64,000 nucleotides of DNA, taken from contig JAUQXA010000004.1 in the NCBI GenBank assembly GCA_030834895.1, positions 24,442 to 88,441 of the forward strand, written 5' to 3'. The notes under the pieces are model-generated. The model did no database searches. It saw nothing but the letters and a program-made list of their open reading frames with translations, and was not told the DNA's origin. The DNA is from Anaerolineales bacterium (GTDB lineage: Bacteria > Chloroflexota > Anaerolineae > Anaerolineales > Villigracilaceae). Positions 29,855-38,799 of this stretch are shown one piece after another. The first letter of the stretch is position 1, and each line of letters begins with the position of its first letter. The position numbers and the translations under genes were made by a program.

Positions 29855-30769
29855 TTATTGAGTGATGAGGTTTTCCACAGCCAGTTCCAGATCGCGTGCG
29901 CTGGGGGTGATGTAAATGCGGGTGGTATTCAGGCTGGAATGCCCAAGTAGAACTGCGACCTTCTCCAATCCAACTTCGTTCTCCACCAGATTTTTCGCAA
30001 AGGTGTGCCGGCAGACGTGCGGGGTCAGTTCGTCCAGTTGGGCAGCTTTGGCATAACGCTGCAAAACACGCTGCACCGTCCTGCCGCTCAGGCTTTCATG
30101 TTCACCCTCCACGGTCATCCAGAGGTGATCGCTTTGCGGACGTACCGCCAGCCATTCCTGCAGGGCCTTACGCGCATCCGAGTTCAACGGCACGCTCCGC
30201 TGTTTGTTGCCCTTCCCGTTTTGTACCAGGACGCTCCCCTTGCGTTCGGAAAGCTGGATATCCTCCATTTGAAGTTCAATGGCTTCGCTCAGGCGTAATC
30301 CCGTATGAAGCAGAAACAAGACCAGGGAGGCGTCACGTCGGCGTGTCACCCAGCGTTTGGGATACTTCTTTCTTGCCAGTTCCAAATCATTCTCTATTGC
30401 ACGCAGCAATCGATTCTGCTCATGTTTATCCAGCCACTTTGGACCACGCGTTACACCCGTCACCCCCTTGATATTTTCAGTGGGATCGCTGGTGATCTGT
30501 TTGGTTTGTCTTGCCCATTTGCAGAGTGCCGCAAGCGCCGCCAGTCGGCGGTTGACCGTGCCGGCTTTGCGGCGTTCGATATTCAATAGGAATTGTTTGT
30601 ATTCCTTCACATCTGTTGGGGTGACGCGCTGGACAGTGAGGTCCTCCCCATTGGTCTGTTGGAACCATCTCTCGAAGTGCTGGAGGTCCGAGAGATATCC
30701 TTTGACCGTGAGCGGTGAAAGGTCTTGATCTTCCAGGTAATTTTGGAAATCGTTCAGTAGTTTGTTCAT
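29855..30769 (-). CDS. Tyrosine recombinase (XerD-like)
   Basis: TGLRLSE, GKGNKQR, HVCRH, LGH, TRIY catalytic residues all present; N-terminal SAM-like domain. Confidence 0.93.
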   Translation of the reverse strand: MNKLLNDFQNYLEDQDLSPLTVKGYLSDLQHFERWFQQTNGEDLTVQRVTPTDVKEYKQFLLNIERRKAGTVNRRLAALAALCKWARQTKQITSDPTENIKGVTGVTRGPKWLDKHEQNRLLRAIENDLELARKKYPKRWVTRRRDASLVLFLLHTGLRLSEAIELQMEDIQLSERKGSVLVQNGKGNKQRSVPLNSDARKALQEWLAVRPQSDHLWMTVEGEHESLSGRTVQRVLQRYAKAAQLDELTPHVCRHTFAKNLVENEVGLEKVAVLLGHSSLNTTRIYITPSARDLELAVENLITQ

Positions 30770-30897
30770 CTCAAATGCCCTTGTTTGTCAATTTTGGAAA
30801 TCGACCAGGAAGCCCCAGGAGAGGCGATGATTTCCAGACGGAGTACGAGCCATAATGAGGCTACTAGGAGGCTCTGTGCCCTTCCTATGGCTTGAAG

Positions 30898-30971
30898 GTA
30901 AGCGGGACTGTAAGCAGGCTTGTAAGCAAAGGTAAGCAGGAAGTAAGCAAGTTTGTAAGCAAAACGCTTAC
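30898..30971. repeat. Helically phased GTAAGC iterons (parS-like or recombinase accessory site)
   Basis: GTAAGC at 30898, 30910, 30922, 30932, 30943, 30955 (spacing 12,12,10,11,12) plus inverted GCTTAC at 30966. Confidence 0.7.
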
Positions 30972-31040
30972 AGAGCTTTTTGGCTTCAAAATTTGCTTCC
31001 ACTTTTGTCGGAAAACTCCAAGGTCGATTTTCGGTGGTTT

Positions 31041-31616
31041 TCATTCCGACCAGCCTCGGACCTGCATTTGCATCACAACCGGCTCGCGGCGGATCTTCAG
31101 TTTCCCATCGCGGAAAGCTTGGATACTGTGCCGAAAGAACGCGCTCAAGATATCTGCCAGTGGCAGGTTGTACGCCTCGGCAATTACCCTTAATCGGACA
31201 TGTCGTTCCGCGCCCAACCGATACGCTGCGGTCTGTCCCTTGAGGGAACGGAAGGGCGTATCGGTCCGTTTCACAGATCTGTGTCGGCGCGATGGCAATT
31301 GGATCGGTTCTGTGTCGGTTTCCTCCCACGCCAACGTATGTTTACGTCCCTTGGGGTTGAGTCTCGGCTTGAACTTGAGCGTCCCACGCGTGTGACAGGT
31401 CTCAGCGTAATCGAACAGGACACACGCCACGGGATCGACATTTTCCATCAGGGCTTCCGCCAGCGCCGCCACTTCATCACGAACATCAACAGGAATCAGG
31501 TAGCGGCGAGCAGGGTTGGACTTCTCCCAATTGCGTGTCTGCCTGCGCTTTTGCGCAACGAGCAGGTCGTGCGCTACCGTAGCATTGTTATTTGAGAATG
31601 CATTCCGTCCCGACAT
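31041..31616 (-). CDS. Putative tandem ribbon-helix-helix protein (ParA partner)
   Basis: Two strand-helix-helix units, RYLIPVDVRDEVAALA and AYRLGAERHVRLRVIA; directly downstream of parA. Confidence 0.55.
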   Translation of the reverse strand: MSGRNAFSNNNATVAHDLLVAQKRRQTRNWEKSNPARRYLIPVDVRDEVAALAEALMENVDPVACVLFDYAETCHTRGTLKFKPRLNPKGRKHTLAWEETDTEPIQLPSRRHRSVKRTDTPFRSLKGQTAAYRLGAERHVRLRVIAEAYNLPLADILSAFFRHSIQAFRDGKLKIRREPVVMQMQVRGWSE

Positions 31617-31625
31617 GATTTCCTC

Positions 31626-32402
31626 CTACTCCAATTTGGAAAGCCGCCTGGCAAGGTCTCCATACTCAAAGGCGGAGCGACTCTTTAGGTCTTTTTCGAA
31701 GATGGTCAACCCCTCGGCAGAAGCTTCGCGAAGCAGGGTCGCGCGATGAATGGGCGTAAAGACCTGATCGGGAAATGCTGTTTGCAGGTTCGCCATTTGT
31801 TCACGGGTCGTGCGGGTTTGTTCATCATAGAAAGTTGGCAGGACACCGGCGAGTTTTCCATGCCATTGTTTTTCGGTTTGTAAAACCTTGAGCATGTCCA
31901 CAAAACCTGAAACGCCATCTGCGGAGAGATAATCCAGGCTCGATACGATCACCGCCAGATCCGCTGCCCAGGAAGCCATCTCCTGCAGACCACCGGTGGA
32001 GGGTGGGGTGTCGAATAGCAGGTAATCAAAGCCAAGCCGTCGAATGGCGGACAATTGGTCCTTGATGTAGTTGATCGGCTTCTCCTCGATGGTGAGCAGG
32101 CGTTGTGTCTTGGCGGTCATTTGGTTGCCTGGCAGGAGATATAGATTTTCCCGTCGTGTCGGACGAATCCATTGATTCATGATCTCCGGCGTAATGGGAT
32201 TTGCATTGAAGATCGGGTACATCAGCCAGTTCGCCACGCAAGGTTCCGTGTCCAGGTTCAAGGAAACCGCTGCGTGCCCCTGCGGATCGAGGTCGGCAAT
32301 CAACACCTTTTTGCCCATCCGGGACAGGGCATCGCCGACATTGACCACAGTCGTGGTCTTTCCAGTACCGCCTTTTTGATTTGCAAATACAATGATTTTC
32401 AT
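31626..32402 (-). CDS. parA: ParA/Soj family partition ATPase
   Basis: NQKGGTGKTT, DLDPQG, FDTPP, LPTFYD. Confidence 0.92.
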   Translation of the reverse strand: MKIIVFANQKGGTGKTTTVVNVGDALSRMGKKVLIADLDPQGHAAVSLNLDTEPCVANWLMYPIFNANPITPEIMNQWIRPTRRENLYLLPGNQMTAKTQRLLTIEEKPINYIKDQLSAIRRLGFDYLLFDTPPSTGGLQEMASWAADLAVIVSSLDYLSADGVSGFVDMLKVLQTEKQWHGKLAGVLPTFYDEQTRTTREQMANLQTAFPDQVFTPIHRATLLREASAEGLTIFEKDLKSRSAFEYGDLARRLSKLE

Positions 32403-32689
32403 GGGTCATTCCTCGTTGGGTTTTCAAGAACGGTGTTGCCTTCCACGTCCCGATCGAAAACGGCATCTTCGATGATTGCAAGTGCGACAGGTCTGCCGTC
32501 CAGGTCAAGGTTCAAAGTACGAACGCCGGTATACCGGTTCAGCGCCCCGAGTGCGCTGATGGTGAGCGCCATCGCCTCGGCAGAATGGGGCAGGCGGGCA
32601 GCGCTCCGTTTCACCAGCTGGATTGCCCCGGACGCCACGATCTGGCGCGCCGATTCCAGCAGAACGTTCCAATCGGCAGGCCGGCTCAC
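32399..32689 (-). CDS. Hypothetical protein
   Basis: GTG start overlapping the upstream stop (GTGA); stop overlaps the parA start. Confidence 0.55.
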   Translation of the reverse strand: MSRPADWNVLLESARQIVASGAIQLVKRSAARLPHSAEAMALTISALGALNRYTGVRTLNLDLDGRPVALAIIEDAVFDRDVEGNTVLENPTRNDP

Positions 32690-33456
32690 GTAGGGTTTTC
32701 CTCGGGCGGCTTGGAACCATTGCCATTCACACGGGTTTCCACTGGTACTTCCTCCGGCTCGGAAACAGGCGCATAAGGCTTCTTCCAGCGGCGGACCAGA
32801 GGCCAAATCGAGAAATTACCCGTGGGAGTGGATGTTGGCTGGGGAGACTTTTTTGTTTCATATTGACCAATACCCAATTTGTCGGCTGAACCAAACGCAG
32901 AACGAAAATTGCCGCGCCATTGGTTCACAATTTGCTCCATCATTTCCTCCGCCACGGTTTCGGAGTCCTTTTCGATTCGCGCCAGGGCTTTGAACGTAAC
33001 CAGGTCACGCGCCGCACCTTCGGCGATTTCCTTGATCACATCCATCTTGCCGAGTTCAAAGACGATGGTGGCGAAGATGTTGATCGCGATCAGAGCGGAC
33101 ATGCCCAGGATGACGATCCGAACTTCATTCTGCGTCATCTGCCCAACCAGGCCGTTCTCTCCAGAACGATACAGAGTGTCCATTGTGAATAGTGCCGCTT
33201 CGCCTAGAAAATCAATCAGGACCATCAGCAAGGCCGTACCGCGCTGGATGATGCCATCCGCGCGATACAGGAAAACCAGCAGCCAGCCGATCATTCCGCC
33301 CGAAGTGGCAAGTAGCGCAAAGTATCCAAGCGCCTGATCCTTTGCCGGCAGGGTGGTCTGCACGAAGTCCAATGAACGGGAAGCGGCATAAACGAGCAAT
33401 CCGCCCCCGATGACAAGAAAGGCGACCAACGCCACAAATTTGAACAAAGCTTTCAT
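32686..33456 (-). CDS. 4-TM membrane protein with coiled-coil and low-complexity tail
   Basis: Four hydrophobic segments; translationally coupled to its neighbours. Confidence 0.75.
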   Translation of the reverse strand: MKALFKFVALVAFLVIGGGLLVYAASRSLDFVQTTLPAKDQALGYFALLATSGGMIGWLLVFLYRADGIIQRGTALLMVLIDFLGEAALFTMDTLYRSGENGLVGQMTQNEVRIVILGMSALIAINIFATIVFELGKMDVIKEIAEGAARDLVTFKALARIEKDSETVAEEMMEQIVNQWRGNFRSAFGSADKLGIGQYETKKSPQPTSTPTGNFSIWPLVRRWKKPYAPVSEPEEVPVETRVNGNGSKPPEENPT

Positions 33457-33806
33457 TACGATCCTCCACAGTATTTGGAATGCACCCAGCCGGTTTGTCC
33501 GGCAGGGGTTGTTACCTGAAGCCAGTCTTGATCGGCTTTGTAAACCGCCAGAACTTCACCCTCTGACAGCCAGGCAATCACTGTACAATGCAAGCCGCCG
33601 CAACTCCTCAGGTGCAGGGAGTGGGCAGATACCGTGCAGGTCTCAGAGATTGTATGGAGACTGGGGGTGGGGTTGTTGGTTGGTGTCGTTAAATAAATTT
33701 TCTTGACCGCCTGCGCCCCTGCGTCTTTTGCAGTTGGAGGGGTCGTGAGCGAGCAAGCCAGTATGAAAAAGATGGACGGGATCAGGAGATAAGTTATCGT
33801 TTTCAT
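33456..33806 (-). CDS. Lipoprotein with bacterial SH3 domain
   Basis: Lipobox ILAC, Thr/Pro linker, LHLRS...WLQV...GQTGWVHSKY. Confidence 0.75.
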   Translation of the reverse strand: MKTITYLLIPSIFFILACSLTTPPTAKDAGAQAVKKIYLTTPTNNPTPSLHTISETCTVSAHSLHLRSCGGLHCTVIAWLSEGEVLAVYKADQDWLQVTTPAGQTGWVHSKYCGGS

Positions 33807-34237
33807 TGAGGCATCACCATCTGAACAGGCTTCTGTAATTCCATCTCCCGTTTGAGGGATTGCGCATTCATTCGCTTTCCCTCTGACACTTGCGCCCATG
33901 CCCAACGCGGTGGAAAACCACAAACCAATACAAAGGTTCCAGCCACCTCGTTTGTGTAAACTAACCGCTCCAGGAATTCTCTGCGAACCGCCTGCAAATC
34001 CTGTTCAGGAGAAATGATGATCAACCACGCGATTTTCTCGATCAGATAGTGATGGCGTTCAATGTTCACAATTTCGATCTTTAGGGTTTCTGCTCGTGCA
34101 AGCCGCAGGAAACGATTGGCAAAGGCGCGAAATTCGATCCCTGATTCTTCGAGTTGGATTGCAGCTCGCAGAGCTGACCGATACAGGATTTCGAAGATTG
34201 GCTTTTTGACCGGTCCAAGCAAATTGGAAAGAAACAT
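33803..34237 (-). CDS. Hypothetical protein
   Basis: ATG 4 bp after the excisionase stop; stop overlaps the next start. Confidence 0.55.
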   Translation of the reverse strand: MFLSNLLGPVKKPIFEILYRSALRAAIQLEESGIEFRAFANRFLRLARAETLKIEIVNIERHHYLIEKIAWLIIISPEQDLQAVRREFLERLVYTNEVAGTFVLVCGFPPRWAWAQVSEGKRMNAQSLKREMELQKPVQMVMPQ

Positions 34238-34241
34238 GGCT

Positions 34242-34466
34242 CTACTCCTCTTTCTCTTGGAATAGACCTGTGTTCTCGGAGATGAACCTTTCCAACTCCG
34301 ACATTGGAATACGGGTGGACCCTCTGCCTGCATGGAAGACCTTCAACCTTCCCTGTTCCACCCAGCGATATACGGTGCGCAGGGAAACACGCAGGTGGTC
34401 TGCTGCTTCGTGCATGGTGACATAGGTCTCCTTGCGTTCCTCCAATGGATTTGATTTTTCTGTCAT
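34242..34466 (-). CDS. xis: Excisionase-family HTH DNA-binding protein
   Basis: VTMHEAADHLRVSLRTVYRWVEQGRL...RIPMSELERF; GGAGG RBS. Confidence 0.88.
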   Translation of the reverse strand: MTEKSNPLEERKETYVTMHEAADHLRVSLRTVYRWVEQGRLKVFHAGRGSTRIPMSELERFISENTGLFQEKEE

Positions 34467-34582
34467 ACGAAACCTCCTTGAAATTGGATTAAAAACAAAA
34501 ACGCATATGGTGTTCCCATATGCGTTGAGTCGACTCGTGCGCAAAGACAGTTATCTAAGTTAGCCCAGTTTTAGGAGAAATG

Positions 34583-34598
34583 CCCGCCCTCTCCGCCA
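34583..34598 (+). other. att site: duplicated tRNA(-Ser-like) 3' end
   Basis: CCCGCCCTCTCCGCCA resembles the T-stem/acceptor/CCA end of tRNA-Ser; no full tRNA upstream of it. Confidence 0.65.
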
Positions 34599-34603
34599 GG
34601 AAT

Positions 34604-34632
34604 GACACCCCGCAATGGGGTGTTTCTTTTTC
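34604..34632. terminator. Hairpin terminator (plausibly the original tRNA terminator, bidirectional)
   Basis: GACACCCC-GCAAT-GGGGTGTT followed by TCTTTTT. Confidence 0.7.
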
Positions 34633-35237
34633 TACTGTTCTCCCTTGAAATACTCCACCGTAGCCTGTCCTTTCTGATTGATTCCCTCGCGTGCCAATGC
34701 CTTCCAGACCGTCATCAAAATGATTTTGATATCCAGCCAGAATGACCAATTATCCACATACCAGACATCCAGTTTGAAGCGGGTGGGCCAGTCGACGGCA
34801 TTTCGCCCGTTGACCTGTGCCCAGCCGGTCAGGCCGGGGACCACGTCATGCCGCCGCGCCTGTTCAGGTGAATAAAGCGTCAGGTACTGCATCAACAATG
34901 GGCGCGGACCAACAAAGCTCATCTCGCCGCGCAGGATGTTGAACAGTTCGGGCCATTCATCCAACGAGAGGGAACGCAACAGGCGACCAAACCCCGTCAG
35001 CCGCTCAGAATCCGGAAGCGGGATTCCATCCCTGTCAACCGCATCCCGCATCGAGCGGAACTTATAGATATGGAATGGACTACCCTTATAGCCGGGTCTT
35101 TGTTGTTTGAAGAGGATCGGCGTCCCAACAAAAACACGCACAAGGATCGCCGTCAGGAGCAGGATGGGTGAAAGAATCACAAGCGCGAGAAACGAAAAGA
35201 CAAGGTCAAAGAGTCTCTTGCTGAAAGGCATGAACAT
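34632..35237 (-). CDS. Sugar transferase (PglC/WcaJ-type phosphoglycosyl transferase)
   Basis: KRLFD, YKFRSM, SLDEWPEL, SFVGPRP, PGLTGWAQVNGRN. Confidence 0.93.
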   Translation of the reverse strand: MFMPFSKRLFDLVFSFLALVILSPILLLTAILVRVFVGTPILFKQQRPGYKGSPFHIYKFRSMRDAVDRDGIPLPDSERLTGFGRLLRSLSLDEWPELFNILRGEMSFVGPRPLLMQYLTLYSPEQARRHDVVPGLTGWAQVNGRNAVDWPTRFKLDVWYVDNWSFWLDIKIILMTVWKALAREGINQKGQATVEYFKGEQ

Positions 35238-35256
35238 ATTTTACCCTCTCCGCGAA

Positions 35257-35292
35257 AGACCCCAAAGGTTTTTTGAAAAACCTTTGGGGTCT
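35257..35292. repeat. REP-like hairpin (same family as 63917-63951)
   Basis: AGACCCCAAAGGTTTTT-TG-AAAAACCTTTGGGGTCT perfect stem. Confidence 0.7.
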
Positions 35293-35329
35293 GGTGATTT
35301 ATGGTATATTCTGAGCAGGAGACACTGCC

Positions 35330-36007
35330 ATGAATGAGCGAATCCTAATCATTGAAGACGATCAGGCGATTCTAAAACTGCTACAGCGCGGTTTGACCTA
35401 CGAAGGCTATACCGTGGATACGGCAATCGACGGGCGGATGGGATTGATTGCCGCGCGCGACCATACCCCCGACCTCGTGATTTTGGATTGGATGCTGCCC
35501 GGCATGGACGGTCTGGAGGTGTGTCACCGCCTGCGGACTGGCGGTTCGATTCCCATCCTGATGCTGACCGCCAAGGATACGGTGCAGGACCGCATCCAAG
35601 GATTGGATGCGGGCGCGGACGATTACATGGTCAAGCCGTTCAATCTCGACGAGTTGCTGGCGCGTGTCCGCGCCCTGCTGCGTCGCACCCAGCCCGAACG
35701 CATTCCTGTTTTGAAATTTGCAGACCTCTCACTCGATACGGGTTCGCGTCAGGCATCACGCGGCTCCCGTGTGGTGGCGCTCACTGCGAAGGAATATGAA
35801 CTGCTGGAATTGTTCCTGCGCCACCCCAAACAGGTACTCACCCGCGAAGTCATCTTCGACCGCGTATGGGGTTACGACTTCGGCGGCGAAAGTAACGTGC
35901 TGGAAGTGTACATCCGCTACCTGCGCCAGAAACTGGAAGGCGAAGGGGAAGCCCGCCTGATTCATACTGTGCGCGGCGTCGGGTATGTGCTGCGGGAAAA
36001 TCCGTAA
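35330..36007 (+). CDS. OmpR-family response regulator
   Basis: [34 protein letters not shown]. Confidence 0.95.
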   Translation: MNERILIIEDDQAILKLLQRGLTYEGYTVDTAIDGRMGLIAARDHTPDLVILDWMLPGMDGLEVCHRLRTGGSIPILMLTAKDTVQDRIQGLDAGADDYMVKPFNLDELLARVRALLRRTQPERIPVLKFADLSLDTGSRQASRGSRVVALTAKEYELLELFLRHPKQVLTREVIFDRVWGYDFGGESNVLEVYIRYLRQKLEGEGEARLIHTVRGVGYVLRENP

Positions 36008-36049
36008 ATCGTCAAATCTGAAATCACAAATCCAAAATCATAAATCTCA
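36007..36049. repeat. Heptamer tandem repeat (AAATCnn x6)
   Basis: AAATCGTCAAATCTGAAATCACAAATCCAAAATCATAAATCTC between the regulator and kinase genes. Confidence 0.7.
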
Positions 36050-37417
36050 ATGTCGTTGCGCCTGCGCCTGACCTTATTGTATTCAACATTCATGGGGGGC
36101 ATCCTGTTGATTTTCGGCGCGGCGGTATACCTTCTGGTCAATGTCATCCTGTTGAACCAGGTGGATACCATGCTGGCTGCTGTGGCGCGTGACATTACCA
36201 GTGTCACGAAGGTCAATTCAATCGGTGAATTGAGCGTGGTCAGCCTGCCCCCGCTGGACATGACTTCCAACGCCTATGTTCAAGTCTGGGGATTGAACGG
36301 AAAAATCGTCGCCACTTCTCCCAGCATCGGCTCGTTGATCAAACCCCTTGACCCATCCAGTCTTGAAACACATTTCCCCATCTATCAAGACTCGCGCCTC
36401 GATGGAGCGCATCTGCGCGTATTGAGCGTGCCGTTGATTTTGGGTGAACGGATAATCGGCACTTTACAAGTGGGGGCAAGTTTGGGCGTGGTGGATGCAA
36501 CACAGGAAAACCTGATCTCCGTGATGGCGATTATTGCTGTGATCGGGGTGTTGACGGCTGGGCTCGGTTCATGGGTGCTTTTGGGACGTGCGCTCTCCCC
36601 GCTGGAAGATATCACCGAAACTGTCGACCAAATCAACCGCGCAGACGATCTCTCACGCCGCATCCCACATCAGGAGGGGAATGAAGACGAGATTGGCGAA
36701 CTGGTCGTCTCGTTTAATCAAACGCTCGAACGTCTCGAATCGCTTTTCACTTCACAACAAAGATTTCTGGCGGACGTGAGTCACGAACTGCGCACCCCAC
36801 TGACAGTGATCAAGGGCAACGTGGATTTGATGCGCCGCATCAAGGAAGCGGATGAGGAATCGCTCAACAGCATCGACCAGGAGGCGGGCAGATTAACCCG
36901 TCTCGTGGGCGGACTGCTGATGCTGGCCCAAGCCGAGTCCGGCAGACTCACCTTGAACATGAAGCCTGTCGAGCTCGACCTCTTGCTGACCGAGGTCTTC
37001 ACCGAGATGACCGTATTGGCAGGCGGCAAGGTGAAGGTCCACTTGAATGACATTGACGAGGTGATGGTCAACGGCGACCGTGACCGCTTGAAGCAGGTCC
37101 TGTTGAATTTGGTTGCGAATGCGATCCAGTACACGCCACAGGGTGGGGATGTGTTCCTGAGCATGTCGAAGATCGGCGACCAGGCGCGCATCATCATCCG
37201 CGACACAGGACCCGGGATCCCCGCCGAGGACCTGCCCCATATCTTCGATCGTTTCTATCGCGCTGAAAAATCACGCACCCGTTCCGCCGTCGGCGGGTTT
37301 GGGTTGGGACTGTCCATCGTCCATTGGATCGTGGAGCACCACGGCGGACAGATCAAAGTTGAATCAAAAGAGGGGAAAGGGACGACGTTCGTAATCTGGC
37401 TGGCGGCAGTCAAGTAG
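36050..37417 (+). CDS. HAMP sensor histidine kinase
   Basis: 2 TM, HAMP, SHELRTPL, NLVANAI, DTGPGI, GLGL. Confidence 0.95.
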   Translation: MSLRLRLTLLYSTFMGGILLIFGAAVYLLVNVILLNQVDTMLAAVARDITSVTKVNSIGELSVVSLPPLDMTSNAYVQVWGLNGKIVATSPSIGSLIKPLDPSSLETHFPIYQDSRLDGAHLRVLSVPLILGERIIGTLQVGASLGVVDATQENLISVMAIIAVIGVLTAGLGSWVLLGRALSPLEDITETVDQINRADDLSRRIPHQEGNEDEIGELVVSFNQTLERLESLFTSQQRFLADVSHELRTPLTVIKGNVDLMRRIKEADEESLNSIDQEAGRLTRLVGGLLMLAQAESGRLTLNMKPVELDLLLTEVFTEMTVLAGGKVKVHLNDIDEVMVNGDRDRLKQVLLNLVANAIQYTPQGGDVFLSMSKIGDQARIIIRDTGPGIPAEDLPHIFDRFYRAEKSRTRSAVGGFGLGLSIVHWIVEHHGGQIKVESKEGKGTTFVIWLAAVK

Positions 37418-37954
37418 CTACAAGTATCGCAACGCCAGCACGACAGCGGCAGTCCAAGCCATGACCTTGAATTCTCCCGTAGCCAATGCCCGTTCAATCT
37501 CAGCGCGCGAAAGAAGAAGCAAATGTTGTTCTTCAAGGTCGTCAATGATGGGCGTGGCAACCAGCCGCGCGCGACGGGCCAAAAATAAATGTCCCATGGC
37601 AATGCCGCGATTTGGATCCACGCGATAGCTGCCCAATGCCTGCCAGTCGGGGGATTCGTAACCGGTTTCCTCGCGGAGTTCGCGTTGCGCCGCTTCGAGC
37701 GGATCTTCCCCATCGTTCAAATACCCGCCGATAACTGCCAGCGTATCGCCTTCCACGCCGTACTTGACCTGACGGAAGCAGATGAACGCGCCATCCTCGG
37801 TAACAGTCACCACGTTGACGTAGTCGGGAGTGGTCACCCACTGCCAGTTGGGGATCACCTGTCCTGAAGGCAGCTCAACGACATGACGTTCCACTTTCAG
37901 CCACGGGCTTTCATCCAATATAATTTTCCTGTCGCGCGTTTTCCATTGTTGCAT
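37418..37954 (-). CDS. NUDIX hydrolase
   Basis: GGYLNDGEDPLEAAQRELREETG. Confidence 0.92.
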   Translation of the reverse strand: MQQWKTRDRKIILDESPWLKVERHVVELPSGQVIPNWQWVTTPDYVNVVTVTEDGAFICFRQVKYGVEGDTLAVIGGYLNDGEDPLEAAQRELREETGYESPDWQALGSYRVDPNRGIAMGHLFLARRARLVATPIIDDLEEQHLLLLSRAEIERALATGEFKVMAWTAAVVLALRYL

Positions 37955-38000
37955 AAATCACCTGTCGTCTTGTTTGGAATTCAAGGTAATTATACAGTCC

Positions 38001-38687
38001 CTACTGCAACCCCAGCCGTTGACTTGCCTGACGGCACAGACTCACCCCGTATCTTTCATACCACTGGTTTAGCGCCGCACTGGACGAAAGCCCGCTACGG
38101 GCATCTTCATAGATGGGAATGCCATACTGGACGTATCGTTTGGTTTGCGCATGCCAAGTCCACTCGCCGCGGGAGATGACGCCGATTCCGCCGTTGTAGC
38201 CAGCCAGTGCCAATCGTGCGTCACCGCCACCAGCGGCGAGTGACCTTGCCAGATAAGCGAGTCCGCGTGTTGCGTTGGTATCTGGGTCGTAGGGATTTTC
38301 GAGGGCGCGAAAATGAAATGGCATGACCTGAAAGAGTCCCATTGCACCGGCGCTGGATGTGGCACGGGGATCGCCGCAGGATTCGATCTGCATGACCGTG
38401 GCAGCCAGGTTGGGATCAACTCCTGCAGCCGCCGCCCACTTCGAGATTGAGTCAGCCCAGTGGCGGACTTCCACCCGGAAGATGGGTGAAATGCCCGAAG
38501 CGGTCACAGGCGGTGAATCCAGGAGAGCAACGGTTGATGGGTCAGTTGTCCAGGCAAAGGAAGCGAGCAGACCGCTAATCAAAATAACAACGAAGGGAAC
38601 GAACATAAAACCAAAACAGCCGCCGCCTTCTTCCTGCTGGGCTGCGACTGTTTGGTAGTCAACGTCTTCAGGGCGAGCGCGGGACAT
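38001..38687 (-). CDS. Lytic transglycosylase (SLT domain), membrane anchored
   Basis: QIESCG, GAMGLFQVMP, AGYNGG. Confidence 0.9.
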   Translation of the reverse strand: MSRARPEDVDYQTVAAQQEEGGGCFGFMFVPFVVILISGLLASFAWTTDPSTVALLDSPPVTASGISPIFRVEVRHWADSISKWAAAAGVDPNLAATVMQIESCGDPRATSSAGAMGLFQVMPFHFRALENPYDPDTNATRGLAYLARSLAAGGGDARLALAGYNGGIGVISRGEWTWHAQTKRYVQYGIPIYEDARSGLSSSAALNQWYERYGVSLCRQASQRLGLQ

Positions 38688-38799
38688 GAGTTAATTCTCC
38701 ATTCTAGGTCTGTAAAGGACCGGGCTCGAAAGTGAGAGTATTAAATTGTGTGGTCTCGGTATGCGCCTTCGGCGCTACTCGACCAGCATAAAGGTGAAA

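Larger units (their letters stand above)
1..34598. mobile_element. Integrative element/defence island (left end outside the window)
   Basis: xis, recombinase, primase-helicase, parA, defence cargo, tRNA 3'-end repeat at the right border, switch to core genes beyond it. Confidence 0.8.

Noticed and set aside
30766-31395. ORFs 30766-31329 (-) and 30892-31395 (+)
   Set aside because: They overlap the RHH gene and run through the GTAAGC iteron region; the repetitive translation (FAYK) reflects the DNA repeats
24466-34466. Prophage
   Set aside because: No terminase, portal, capsid, tail or lysis genes in the window
34540-34598. Complete tRNA gene
   Set aside because: Only the last ~16 nt resemble a tRNA; no D-arm, anticodon arm or TTCG loop, so it is treated as an att remnant
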